64,000 nt of DNA from Podarcis cretensis (Eukaryota). The translations under genes were made by a program, and so were the position numbers. Shown piece after piece: positions 1 through 12,520 of the stretch (position 1 is the stretch's first letter; each line of letters starts with the position of its first letter). The notes under the pieces were generated by a model. The model ran no database searches, was not told where the DNA came from, and worked only from the letters and a program-made list of their open reading frames with translations. Location of the stretch: positions 19,282,001 to 19,346,000 of the forward strand of contig OX638158.1 in the NCBI GenBank assembly GCA_951804945.1, in the 5' to 3' direction.

Positions 1-279
1 CTAAAGGGACTTGCTTTTTTAAAACAATAAGGATGACTGATACTGAATGCTAAATACAATCCATGCACAATTTTTAGCAATCAGTCCTTAGTTGCTGATG
101 GAGATTTATATGGTCCTTTTGTCCATAAATTGTTCCATTTATCCTCTTCAATGTTTATATCCCAAATTAATTCCCATCAGTTTTTAAAATGTTGAGGGCA
201 AAATCTTAAGGGTTTTGTATAAAAGGAAAATCAATCCCTTAGTCATTATACTATCTCTTATTACTCTCTTTTCATATTC

Positions 280-720
280 TGTTAGTTTCCCCGTAGCTTC
301 ATTTTTATCTCTATATTGGTGAGAAATGGAAAGAACTTACAAAATAAAATTAGGAAGGAAAATCACGGCCAACAGAAAACAGGATTGGAAGATAACAGAA
401 CTGAGTGTGAATTAACAAACATACAATAAATAAATATCAAATATTATTTTAACATATGACCATAGTGTAGAGACTTTTGTGTGAACAAAGATGAAACAAT
501 TTATTATTCTTCAATATGGAAGAAAGGTTGTTGAAGTTACTGGAGGAAAAGTTGTTACACTGGGCTAGAAAAAAATTATTGTCAACATTTATCAATAATA
601 ATAATTGTAGAACCCCTTTTAGATGTTTCGTGTGGAAAGGAAAATTAATGAATTTGAGACATTTGGGTCTGAAGACTGAGAGAGTATCACTTAGCAGAAG
701 GAAGAACAGCTGGATGTTAT
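280..720 (+). mobile_element. Degraded L1-like LINE 3' fragment (ORF2 C-terminus)
   Basis: A-rich strand; ORF 516-725 (ERLLKLLEEKLLHWARKKLLSTF) resembles the C-terminal pattern of reptile L1 ORF2. Boundaries approximate. Confidence 0.4.
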
Positions 721-897
721 TGTAGAATGAATACTTCGAATAATCTTTTTATATGGAACTGACAGACAGGGAATCGAAAGTCCTTTTCATTTCTCTTTCT
801 TTATTATTTTTATCTGACTGTTCAAGGAGTACACACCACTGTTATTGTGCACTGTGTAATATCTGAAGTGCCTTATCCAAATGGAATGAATATTTAC

Positions 898-986
898 CTT
901 TCATCTTTGTTTTGACGGATGCATCCCTCAATGATTTCCTTTACTTCAGGAATTGCAACTTTATCAAAGCTTGCTGGTTTGACTCC
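898..986 (-). CDS. WNK1: WNK1 exon 5 (89 nt), shared by L-WNK1 and KS-WNK1: [29 protein letters not shown](R)
   Basis: Acceptor tttcag|GGA at 986; donor AG|GTAAAT at 897; phase 0 start matches both exon 4 and exon 4a; peptide is the WNK kinase C-lobe. Confidence 0.97.
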
Positions 987-1357
987 CTGAAATACAGAAG
1001 AATATGTGAGAAAATATGGTAAAAAAAATGTCTATTTAAATCTCTAATGAAGTTTAGCATGGCTGGTGACATTCAATCTTATAGAGGCACAATGCTGGTG
1101 TCATATGGACAGTTTTATTCTTCACAAGATATGCCACGGTGATTTGATTCATGATTTCTCTCCAATTCAACGATCAAAGCATTAGTTATATTTGAGTGTG
1201 GAAAATGTCAGCTTTTAATCAAATGAACTTCCAGACTTAATTATGAAAAAACAACTTTTCTTATTTTACTTGTATTTTTTAACTATATATTTTAAATGCT
1301 ACTGCAATCGTAAAAATCCATTTTTAAAGAGGAATGCTGGAAAGAATCCAACAAGCA

Positions 1358-1359
<2 letters not shown>

Positions 1360-1437
<78 letters not shown>
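1360..1437. repeat. Compound microsatellite (TA)n(CA)n
   Basis: Directly visible. Confidence 0.95.
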
Positions 1438-3428
1438 AATATATTGCCCTCCTCTCTCCCAGAAGTCTGCAACAATTAAGTAAGGCATGCTAAGATAATT
1501 TCTTTCTCTAAAGTAACCACTGGTTTCCAACTTACCCAGAATCTATCTTGGTCCTAATTGGCAAAATGAGATTCACTTTGTTTTCTCTCAAATACATTGC
1601 CACATTTATTATATCCATCGCTATCCTTTCTTTTCTCATTCCCAAAATGATGCAACACTAAATCATGGTTTAGTATGTACAAGCCTGCTCTTCCTCCTCT
1701 CTCCTCCTCTGACACATCCATTTCCATTTTATACCAGCTGCAGTTTGTCTTTTCCTCCAAATAGGGAACTGTGGTTAGTTTTAGTATGGTTTATCCAAAC
1801 AGGCCAAGATCTGATTTCTGATCATACTACTCTTATGTCAAACCCAGTGGTCAGTCTCACCTTCACCATGGCCTATCTTTCTGTACATAAATGAGCACAA
1901 AATTAATATTAACAGATTTTCCTTTCACCAGGCATAACCTATATTTACCATTAAGCCACAGTGCAAAGATTTTGAGGTGGTGGTGGTGGTGGGGAGACAG
2001 ATAAACAGAACAGGATAGGACTGTGTGCGTTTTACAAGATTAATATTTATTAAACCCAGAACTGAACACACATAAGAAGGTCCTAATTTATATGGCATGC
2101 TCCCTTTGACCTGTGCTTCATGTTCCTTTGTACATAACCTAACAGTCTCAGAACTCTTCCTAAATAAACATTTATTCACAGGTGATTGAAACCTCAATCC
2201 ACATTGGCACTTTGAGCAGTAAAATTATCTGAGTAGTAGTAACCAACTTGGAATTTGGGGGCCATGTAAAAAGTTAAAAAACTGTTGATATCATGAACTG
2301 CGATACAATACATGCTACTGTCTGACTGCATTCCAAGGGGCTTTTAGCCACCATTTTGCCCTATTAAATTTACTCCTACCAGCTCACTTTTAGTGCCTTA
2401 TCAACAAAGGCTGTTGGCTCAGATGAATTGTTCCTGTTCTTTTAGAAGTATGAATTTCGATGAAAAGTCCCTGCTCTTATTGCATTGCAAAAACAGAACA
2501 AAACCCTGTTCTTCAATTGCTCACCTACTAAAGGAAAACTACCAAATACAACAAAATGATTTTGAATAAAAATGATACTTCCCTTGTTTTTAGACATATA
2601 TGTTAAGTGACTAATGAGGCATCCCTAATTAAAGGCTGCAGTTCTAAGTTATAACAGACTTTTATAAAACATTTTAATCTACAACTCAAAAAGGGGGAAA
2701 AACTGTTAGTAATCTGACAGGCAGCCCTTATCAGTTAGAACACTTAATTGCATAGAGTTATGATCTATGTATTTTCATGCAGAACTATTCAAGGGAAAAG
2801 TCTTGAATTCAAATTACCTTCTTGTGATCTGATCACATGGAGTGATTACAATACAAATTCAAAAGTCCACCGAAACAATTTAAAAAACAAACCAAATGGA
2901 GGGAGGGAGGGAGAGCAAGTAAAGGACATGTTGTACTGTTCAGGGCTTCCAGCCATGTACACAAAGCCATTTGAGGGTCAAGCTAACATTGAGAAGCAGT
3001 GTTAGTTATGTATAAGCTAGTACACATCACATTTGGTCAACACACATATCTACAACACATTGTACCTGCATATAATACGAAGTATGTCTTCCAGTTACTA
3101 GCAGGGCATGATTTAGATCATGCTGACTTAGTAGTGCAAACTTTGATGACTTATTATAGGCAAGAGACACACTGTTATCTATTAGCACATTCTTCCAAAC
3201 TACTTGGTCTTATTTATTCTGTGAAAAGAGCTGCTTACAGAGTAGTATCGAGGTGATTAGACAGGTAAGGTTTAAATCAGCCTTCCCCAATTAGCTGCCT
3301 TCCAGATGTTTTCCACTACAAATCCCATTAGCCCCAGTCAGCAAGGGCAACGGTAAGGGATGATAAGAGCTCAAGAACAATGGCACTTGTTTGGGATTGA
3401 CAAATATAAAGTTGCATGTTTATTATTA

Positions 3429-3654
3429 CAGTGGTACCTCGGGTTACATACGCTTCAGGTTACAGACTCGGCTAACGCAGCAATAGTGCTTCAGGTTAAA
3501 AACTTTGCTTCAGGATGAGAACAGAAATCGTGCTCCGGCGGTGCAGCGGCAGCAGGAGGCCCTATTAGCTAAAGTGGTGCTTCAGGTTAAGAAAAGTTTC
3601 AGGTTAAGAACGGACCTCCGGAACGAATTAAGTACTTAACCCGAGGTACCACTG
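3429..3654 (+). mobile_element. Tc1/mariner (Tigger-like) MITE
   Basis: TIRs CAGTGGTACCTCGGGTTA / TAACCCGAGGTACCACTG, TA on both sides; related copies at 41979, 47460 and 59468. Confidence 0.9.
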
Positions 3655-5257
3655 TATTTTACACCTTAAATGACCACCACAGGATTAGTAACAACTTGTG
3701 GGCTGATAATTTTTGTGAACCTATGCTCAGTATTGTATTAGCATACACAGAAGTATACTCACTAACCACAATAAAGGCCAGTGAATGGTTTGGAACAGTT
3801 AATATTTCAACTGAAAGAGGACTATGAACACGGAAGTTTCAAGTTGTTGTTTTAAGTTAATATCTCTTTTGAACTTAATGTTTCAGTTTAAGAAGTTTAC
3901 TATTTGGCACTATACACTTTCACTGATATACAATTGTTTTGTATCAAATAATGTAAATACTTTATTCCATTCTCATACCAGCTTTGCATATATAAAAGAT
4001 AATCAATCATAACAAAAGATAATCAGAAAAACTCTGTGTTATCTTTGAGCTAATATAGTGTAGTAGCTAAGAAGCAAGACAATGAAACCAAAGTCACCAG
4101 AGTGAGCATTCATGGAACAGGATGAAGGAAGTCTGAAGTGAATCAGACCTTCCTCTTTCATCAATTAGTTTCCAAGTACATTAAATGGTACACTGGATAA
4201 TAATGACATTTCCTCCTTTCAAGGCAATCCCCTGGATTAAGTATTTGCTGCCTTTGCACTGTTTTTGCAGAAGTTCCTGCTTGCTATTACATGCCAATTT
4301 AAACTATAGCCTACTCTGTCACTTACATAAATTTTTCTGTGTTAACTATTTTTAAAGCATTTTAGAATCAAGTGATAATAGCTCTCTTTCACACTACTTG
4401 TGTTGAAAACTGGGTTAATATATTTGCACTAAGCTTTCTTTCACAGCAGTTCAAAATGGCAAGTGAACGATATGCTGAAAAGCAACTTCAGAGCCAAAAA
4501 TAAATTCTTAACTTCTCAACCAAGCACCAGAATATAGTATCTGTATTAAAGTGGCATAGGTTAACACAGCACTTATCAAAATAAAGAGTGCTTAATACTC
4601 CATATCTTTGTCAAGTGTAATTAACTTACATTAGCCCGTTTAAACATTCCTATTCCTTCCAACCGCACAAGACAGGCACCAGCATTAAATTACATTAACT
4701 GAAACTTTTGATTACCTTTCATTCTTACAGAGACAAACCTGCATTTTGTGCATAGTGGTGGTTGGGCCCCATGCCTCCTTCACTTGTGTATGAGAAGAGT
4801 TATTCAAGAACCCATATCTAGTATATCATCTAGTATATCAAAGATACTAGATGTATTCCTTTGCCCCTTCTTCTGCACAGTTTGCTGGTGTGCTTGTTCA
4901 TCCTAGTCAGAAAGCCCTAGAAAGTCCTAGTACTGTATCTAGATTTCCAGGCATTATCTAAGTAATTGTGCCAACATTATTTTCCATGCACATGGCGACC
5001 ATAATTCCTAAACAGATCCACACTAAACCTGAGTCTCAGCTGTCCTTTCTCCACTTAATTTGCACCAAAACCATTACATCCATACTTAAGTCCAGATACT
5101 TAATATTTTGAAGTCAGGACTGCCACAGCATAGCACCCAACACATGAAAGTAGTTATAGAACAGATCTATACAGAATTCTCTACAGAAGCATCATGACCC
5201 CCTATTTCCCATCATATGACTTAAATGAATGCAAGCTAGTATAACTGAAATTCTTAC

Positions 5258-5344
5258 CTCTTTACCACAGTCTGTGTGAGAACAACAACAGTGTGAATTT
5301 ATGATGACAAACACTGGGCAAAAATCTCTCTTGGAAAGATCCAT
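5258..5344 (-). CDS. WNK1: WNK1 exon 4a coding part (KS-WNK1 first exon): MDLSKRDFCPVFVIINSHCCCSHTDCGKE
   Basis: ATG at 5344, 29 codons, phase-0 donor GAG|GTAAGA at 5257, in frame with exon 5; lies in intron 4; matches the cysteine-rich hydrophobic KS-WNK1 N-terminus (DFCxVFVIINSHCCC). Confidence 0.95.
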
Positions 5345-6049
5345 TAGGAGACTCAGAGGCAAATATGCTGAGAGACTTGTGCACGCAAAAGGAGAATGGA
5401 CTGTTAAAGTCCACACTTAACGCACAGCAGAAGGAAAGCAGGGATAAAGCTTTGAAGGAAGCATAGTCTTCTCTACAGTTTTGCCTTCCCTCATCCTGTG
5501 TCAGCCTGTAGAAATCAGAACTCTGTTTTCCACTGGCCAAGCCCCTTGACACACAGCAATAATAAATGCAATGGAACAGGTAAGCCTTCTTAGGGCTCCT
5601 CCCATTTCATCCTTCCCTGCTATTTCAGGCAAATTGGCATCTTCTTTTGCAAAATCCAGAATAGACTCTGTCCAAGCTTCCCTGTTCTATCATGCAGAGT
5701 ATTAAAAAGAATGTAGCTGAAACTGAAGTGTCTTGATGATTCTATTTATAATTTATAATTTAAGGCACAACCACTTGACTGGCATTATAGCAATTATATT
5801 AATTAATCTGATAGCACCACTAGGATGTTACTTAGTCAAACGCAGCTACAGAACTCCTCTTTCTACCTAGATTACTGTATTCTTTTTATAAGTAGTCACA
5901 CAACCTATTTTCTAATTTTACTCCGCACTGGGAGCAAATAATGGAACTATGTCCCTGCATTTACCTATGCCTCTACATTTTGCTCTTTTGCCAGTTATCT
6001 TATGGACTGTTGAAAAGTTTTACAAGGAAACCACATGTAGCACTAAAAT

Positions 6050-6590
6050 ACCATTGTTAGAAACTGGGATATGAATGCTAGGAGCCATGTGGCTCCTGGA
6101 ACCTAGGTTGTGGGAACCAAAACAAAATGTCTAGACACCATTGGGGTAGGGGGCTGCTCCACTACCAGACCAGGCAGCCCTGCAGTAAAAAATAAAAAAA
6201 TGCTGCCGGGTAGATCAGGGGTCTGCAGGGTAGACACGTCTTTTGTTACCGCTCTGCCCCACCAAACACCTGATTCACCTGGCAGCAATTTATTTTATTT
6301 TTATTTGCTGCCTGGTAAATCAGGGGGTCTGCAGGGTGGCACAGTACCCCACCAAACACCTGATTTGCCCAGCAGCTCAGCAGCAAAATTAGGCACATCT
6401 TTTGCTGCTGTGCAAATCAGGTGTTTGCCGGGGTAGTGTCGCAACAAAAGACAAGTGTATTTTGCTGCTGCTGCTGTCCCCTGCAGACCAGCTGACTGTA
6501 CCCAGAAAGGTGGAGATGCTAGGCGCCAAGGGTGGCTCCTGAACATCTCCATCCAGTCGCAAAAGGCCCAGCTAATTTTGAATGCTGAAT
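6050..6590. mobile_element. Non-autonomous DNA-transposon-like repeat with internal direct and inverted sub-repeats
   Basis: Repeated CCCACCAAACACCTGATT and GGGGTCTGCAGGGT units; a related inverted partial copy lies at ~26924-27200. Boundaries approximate. Confidence 0.55.
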
Positions 6591-7650
6591 ATAACTGAGA
6601 ACATCAGCTACCTCTGCCAAAGCTGGAGAGCACCTTTAATACACTCTTAGCCCCTTGTTCTTCCCAAGCTACTGGGCAAGACAAAACATGACATTGCTTT
6701 TCCACACTGACTCATCACATGCCCATTTTAACTGGTATTCAGATGACAACATCCACAAAACAATCCAAGTCTTTCTACTGAAAAGACACCAATTTGCTAG
6801 ATACCATGTTGGTGCATAGCAGTGGCAGGTTTCATAGAAAAGATAGAAGAGTGGCCGTGCCAGCAGGACTGCTAAGGGAGGGGAGGGATTGTAAGAAGAT
6901 TGGAAACTTTTTCCAATTTTAGATATACAAGAAACTCATGCAAGATCACATTCAGATCACATGTAGTTAATTGAATATGCATCTGTGTCACTGTGTATCC
7001 ACATCAGGAAGCCACAACCCGTGGCTACTGCCCTCCCGTGAGATCACACACAACTATTTGTGCACAATTTACATGCAGTTTCCTACATGGAAGTGCTAAG
7101 AAAGTTATGATAGCTGATAATGGTATTTAGGATTTCCCCCAAACAAGGGGATTAACAATAGAGTCTGAAAGGAATTTTACTCTAATTGCTTTAATCTTCT
7201 TTTAGACTTTGCCATTAATTATGTTGGCCCATGAACTCTAGAGTCAAGCTGCAAGGTACTTTGAAAAATCTCCATTACTTTTTTACTAAGCTATTTCAGT
7301 ACTGGTTTGAGCTAGATGTAGGCTGCTACAAACCATTAAAGGAAATGTTAAAAGAACTCATGATCCTAATGGAAAACAAAGTTAACCCCTTCCTCCCAAC
7401 CCTGAGGCAATACTATGCAAGGTAATTTAATTTACTCCATGCATCTTATGAAATGCAAATTTCTGTTATGTTACCCAATCCATGCTTAACCACTTCATTC
7501 CTGACTCTACAGCTTGCCCAGCTAAACTTCAATTTTAAATACCAATATCCAATCCAAATTATGGTTTTTTTTCTTACCGGTATTACAGCTTGCTATGCCC
7601 TAGTAATGCACATAATACTCACCCCTACTTAGTGGTATGAACACATTTTA

Positions 7651-8231
7651 CCGTATTTTTTGCTCCATAAGGCGCACCTGACCATAAGGCGCACCTAGTT
7701 TTTAGAGGGGGAAATCAAGAAAAAATATTATTTCCCCACCCCCAGCCCCAAAGAGCGACGGATAGGCTGCGCGCAGCCTGTCCGCTTCTCCCAGAGCTTC
7801 TTGGGGCTGCCGGGGGAAGCCCGGGTCCCCCCCCCAGCCTCAAAGAGCAAAGAAGCCAAGACAGCGAGCGGGATGGATCCCGCTCGCTGTCTTGGCTTCT
7901 TTAGCCGTGCGCAGCCTCTCCGACCAAGAGAGGCTGCGCGCGGCTATGACAATTCCCCCACCTCCCACAAAAGCCCACAGGAGCTGCGCACCCTTTAAGG
8001 AGCGTGTGGCTCCTGCGGGCTTTTCTAAGAGGAGGGAGAAGGGACTGACTGGCCGCGTCAATCCCTCCTCCCTCCTGGGGAAAAGCCCACAAGAGCTGCG
8101 CTGAGCTTGTGTGCGGCTTTCGGGGGCTTTTCCTGCCTGCCTCCCTCCTGCATTCGCTTCATAAGACGCACACACATTTCCCCTTACTTTTTAGGAGGGA
8201 AAAAGTGCATCTTATGGAGCGAAAAATACAG
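7651..8231 (+). mobile_element. Tc1/mariner-superfamily non-autonomous element (CCGTATTTTT TIR family)
   Basis: TA|CCGTATTTTTTGCTCCATAAG ... CTTATGGAGCGAAAAATACAG|TA; GC/CpG-rich interior with hairpins. Confidence 0.88.
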
Positions 8232-9948
8232 TATTTCAGGATTTCTCAGAATACTTTCCATGCCTTAGAGATACTGAATTTTACCACCATAGTCCACATT
8301 TTGTGAACCAGCACTGCAGTACTGTCTTCATCATAACAGCTTTTATCCTGCACAACCAGTTTGACTCTCCTTTCCCCACCTTCATCCCCATTTTTGACTT
8401 TCCAGTGTACGTCTGGGAAGTTTTGTTCTCCAGTTTATTCCTATCAAGTGAATGGTCATATTATGATTGGGGGGGGGGGTGTGGAGTTACTTCACAATGT
8501 GCATCTTCATAAATCCAATGTAGTTCTCACTTATTAACACTGCTAGTCATTGTACTTCCTTAAACATATCCAGAGGGTGGGCTGAACTTGTTGCTCTGCT
8601 GGAGGCAGTATGTGAAAGGGGGAATTAGGCATAAGCATGAGAGGAGACAAACAGTGAAGGATGAAGTAGTGAGTGGGGTCAACTGGCAGTGTAATACACA
8701 GTGGAAGGTGGAAGGAAGATCAGTGATGACGTAGAACAGTGCTTATGAAGGAGGCACTGAATTCCTCTGATAGCTGGCTCTGCCTCTGCCTCTACCCCCC
8801 ATCTTCCCTCTCTCTCTCGACATTTCAGTTCCATTCTGGGAATTATACTCTGAGTTCACATTGTGAACCTTGGTTGGGGTTCCCTTCAGGGACCACTGGG
8901 GCTAGAGCAGGATGCAGATCCTGTACTGCTCATGACGAGACAAATAGTGCACTGTCTGTGCATGGCCATCTACCCAAATGCACACAGGCACTTGCATGGC
9001 CCCAGGGTGGGTGGGGGTGACAACCTTTCAAATGCCATGTAGATCCTCCCACTTTCTAATGCACTAATCCTGGCACACTGCTGCCTCAGAAAGGCAAAGG
9101 GCTGCAATGTGGATCTGGCCCGGGAGTGAATCTGAAATTACTTTCCTGATGTGTTTGGGTTATTATATCCTAGCCTAGTAAATCCAAGTAATCAAACAAG
9201 TAATCATCATCAGATCCTTGAGGATTCACAAATCAGTTTATGAATTGGTTACAGTAATTTTGTTCAGAGGGAGGTTACCTTCACTGCAGTGTAGAGACAG
9301 GCAAGTCTCAAATATAGTTCCATTTTAGGATCTCCTACACATCTTTGACTCCACAGTCCATACCTATTTCAACACTTTACAGCAGATACTTTCATTAAAG
9401 TGTTGCTTGGATGAATGAAATGCACTATGTTACCTTATAAATCCCCACTAAAGAGACAGATTCACAGCTTATTTTGATTGCTAGAACTGAACGTAGGGGG
9501 TAGAAACTTTAAAAATGCAAATGAACTAGTCCTGTGATGACTTGTCAGTTGACTTGCAGTTAAATGTGTGAACTTCCTCTGTAGAAAGTACAGTCATACA
9601 GAAGCTCCATCTATAATGTTTCATCTGTGATAGCTGTTTGCATTAAGTGGGGAAAACGCATGTGGGAACTGATCATTCTAAAAGACCAGACTAAATATAT
9701 TCAGCCCAGTTTCATTCCTAGACAATTAGTGGCATTATATGGGCAAACATGTACAAAAAAATGGCCAACAGTCAAGCTAGACAAAACATTAAATTCATGA
9801 TGACAGTCAAACTTTTTAAAAAGGTTTTTAAAGGCACAGGGAGATCACAACTGCAGAGTATGGGGAGGAGAGATTTAATTGTTCCCCACAAACATTGCAG
9901 TACTGATGAAGCAGGTATTGGCATTAATGGCATCTTATGGGAGGGGGT

Positions 9949-10356
9949 GAGCTGGACCATAAAGAAGGCTGATCGCTGAAGAATTGATGCTTTTGAATTA
10001 TGGTGCTGGAGGAGACTCTTGAGAGTCCCATGGACTGCAAGAAGATCAAACCTCTCCATTCTGAAGGAAATCAGCCCTGAGTGCTCACTGGAAGGACAGA
10101 TCCTGAAGCTGAGGCTCCAATACTTTGGCCACCTCATGAGAAGAGAAGACTCCCTGGAAAAGACCCTGATGTTGGGAAAGATTGAGGGCACAAGGAGAAG
10201 GGGACAACAGAGGACGAGATGGTTGGACAGTGTTCTCGAAGCTACAATGAGTCTGACCAAACTGCGGGAGGCAGTGGAAGACAGGAGTGCCTGGCGTGCT
10301 CTGGCCCATGGGGTCACGAAGAGTCGGACATGACTAAACGACTAAACAACAACAAC
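9949..10356 (+). mobile_element. BovB (RTE) LINE 3' end, 5'-truncated, copy 1
   Basis: Encodes RVPWTARRSNLSILKEISPECSLEGQILKLRLQYFGHLMRREDSLEKTLMLGKIEG (BovB C-terminus); ends GACTAAACAACAACAAC. Confidence 0.93.
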
Positions 10357-10600
10357 CATTGTCATAAAGAACAGATTATATTCCATCCTAAAGCTGTGCA
10401 GCATACCCAGAACCTCCTAACTGGAAGCTTTGTACTTTGAGCAGGCAGCATAAGCTAGGACAAGGATAGTCAACCTTGTGTTCTCCGGGTGTTGTGGACT
10501 ACAACTCCAAACAGCTCTAGAGGGCATTACAGCGGCTACTTCTGTACTTGCACAACTCAAGACCACAAGGAAATGGTGAAGGGGACAATTGCTCTGGTGG

Positions 10601-10980
10601 TGTCACTGACTGGGCAGAGGAGGAATGGTGGAGACTGCCTCTCCAGCCTGACCCTTCCAGAGAAGAAGACAGTTCAGAATTACAACAGGGGTTTGAGGGA
10701 GATGAAGGGAGAAGTTGGGAAATAATGGAAGAGGGAGGAAGAGGAAGAGCCGGAACAGCTGGCTGACATGTTATCACTAGAAAGCATTCCAGATCCCCCT
10801 TCTTCCAGAACCCAACAAGTCTTAAAAGTAGGAGAGCAAAGTGCTCAGAAGCAAAGGGCCCTCAGCGCCACCCATAGAAGGGATGAGGAATGAGGAAGTG
10901 GGAGAGAAGGGGAGGGGAGATTTACTCAGAGCAACACGATTAATCCAAGAGGCTGCATTTCTAAGCCTCTCTCTGTGAAG
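10601..10980 (+). mobile_element. Probable partial LTR, truncated at BovB copy 2
   Basis: Begins TGTCA; purine-rich; resembles lizard LTR repeats from recall only; no 3' CA end seen. Confidence 0.4.
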
Positions 10981-11273
10981 GAAGGAAATCAGCCCTGAGT
11001 GCTCACTGGAAGGACAGATCCTGAAGCTGAAGCTCCAATACTTTGGCCACCTCATGAGAAGAGAAGACTCCCTGGAAAAGACCCTGATGTTGGGAAAGAT
11101 TGAGGGCACAAGGAGAAGGGGATGACAGAGGACGAGATGGTTGGATAGTGTTCTCGAAGCTACCAGCATGAGTTTGACTAAACTGCGGGAGGCAATGGAA
11201 GACAGAAGTGCCTGGCGTGCTCTTGTCCATGGGGTCATGAAGAGTCGGACACGACTAAATGACTAAACAACAA
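10981..11273 (+). mobile_element. BovB (RTE) LINE 3' end, copy 2
   Basis: Highly similar to 10063-10356; (CAA)n tail. Confidence 0.93.
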
Positions 11274-11829
11274 ATGGGAGGGGGAGAGAAGTCAGCAAGT
11301 TAAATGCATTCACACATTTAAATATCACTATCTTGGCCCTAAGTTCAATGAGGACATTGGTCAGTAGCAAAATTCAGTACTATAATAACAAAGTGCAATA
11401 GCATAATAGATAAGATGGTCTCTTTATATAGTACAGATTCAAGAACCATCAGGAGCAAAACACACTCAACATGTTTCGGCCACCTTTAAATAGTTTAAAA
11501 CTGCCATAGACCTCTGCAGAGTTTCATTTTTTAAAAAACCCCTTTGGCTCTTCACAGTGAACTGCGAAGGTGGGCATGACTCTTGCAATGATGGAACAAG
11601 CTCTCTTGAACGCTACCCATTCTGGCTGATGAAAGCCAGGTTGGGGGGGGGGGCTGATCAGGTCAGTCCAGGGTGTGGAGAACATGCCACTGTGCAATGA
11701 AGTGGGGCTTGCTGGTCTTAAAAAAGCAGTGGCACATTCACTCTTGAAGAGGTTTACAATAAGTACCACCTGTTCACCAATACTCGCTTCTTGGGCAAGG
11801 TGGTGGCAAAGGAGCTGCAGGATATTTTG

Positions 11830-12300
11830 TTTGTTCATTTGGTTTTGGTTCATTTGGGTTTTTTGTTCGTTTGTTCATTTGGTTTGTTCATTCATATGAT
11901 TTGTTCATTTGGTTCATTTTGTTTTAATTTGTATACCACCCTTCATAGATCATAGGGCACTTTACAGCAAAAAACACAAAATGATTACACAAAATACATA
12001 GCGAGAAAAAGAAAACAAACCCATTAATGCCCCCTTCCACAAGAACATTTAAAAGGCCATAGATTGCTTAATCAGCCAATGGTCTGGTTACAGAGCAACG
12101 TTTTCATCTGGCACCTAAAAGTAAGTAAAGAAGGCACGAGATGAGCCTCCTGGGGACAGCATTCCACAAACAGGGAGCCACCGTAGAAAAGGCCTGTCCT
12201 CGTGTTGCCACCCTCCAGACCTCTCATGGAAGAAGCACACAAAGAAGGGCTTCAGATGATGTTAGCATGGTTTGAGTCGGTTCATATGGGGAGAAGCAGT
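11830..12300 (-). mobile_element. L2-like LINE 3' end with degenerate (TTCATTTGG)n simple repeat at its tail
   Basis: Reverse complement resembles 53190-53505 (GGCAACACGAGGACAGGCCTTTTC motif). Confidence 0.6.
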
Positions 12301-12309
12301 CCTTGAATA

Positions 12310-12520
12310 CAAACTATCTGGATCCAGTTCTATCTGGAATCAGGCTTGGTTTGGTGACTAAATCAGCCTCTGTTGCCCTGATGACCTGTACCAAGAACAA
12401 GGCAAGGAGAATGCATCTCTGGCTCCTACTTTTCAATCTGTTGAAATTTTTTGATACCACCGATAGCAGTATCCTCCTGGACTAGTTCTGTGAGGTGGTT
12501 ACTGGAGTCTTCCTGAACTT
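12310..12520 (+). mobile_element. Degraded L2/CR1-group reverse transcriptase fragment
   Basis: YLDPVLSGIRLGLVTKSASVAL...FFDTTDSSILL resembles the RT motifs LDPxQSGFRxGxxTETAL and AFDTxDHxILL. Confidence 0.65.

Noticed and set aside
9772-11238. Minus-strand ORFs starting MTPWARARQ / MTPWTRARQ
   Set aside because: Antisense reading of BovB 3' ends.
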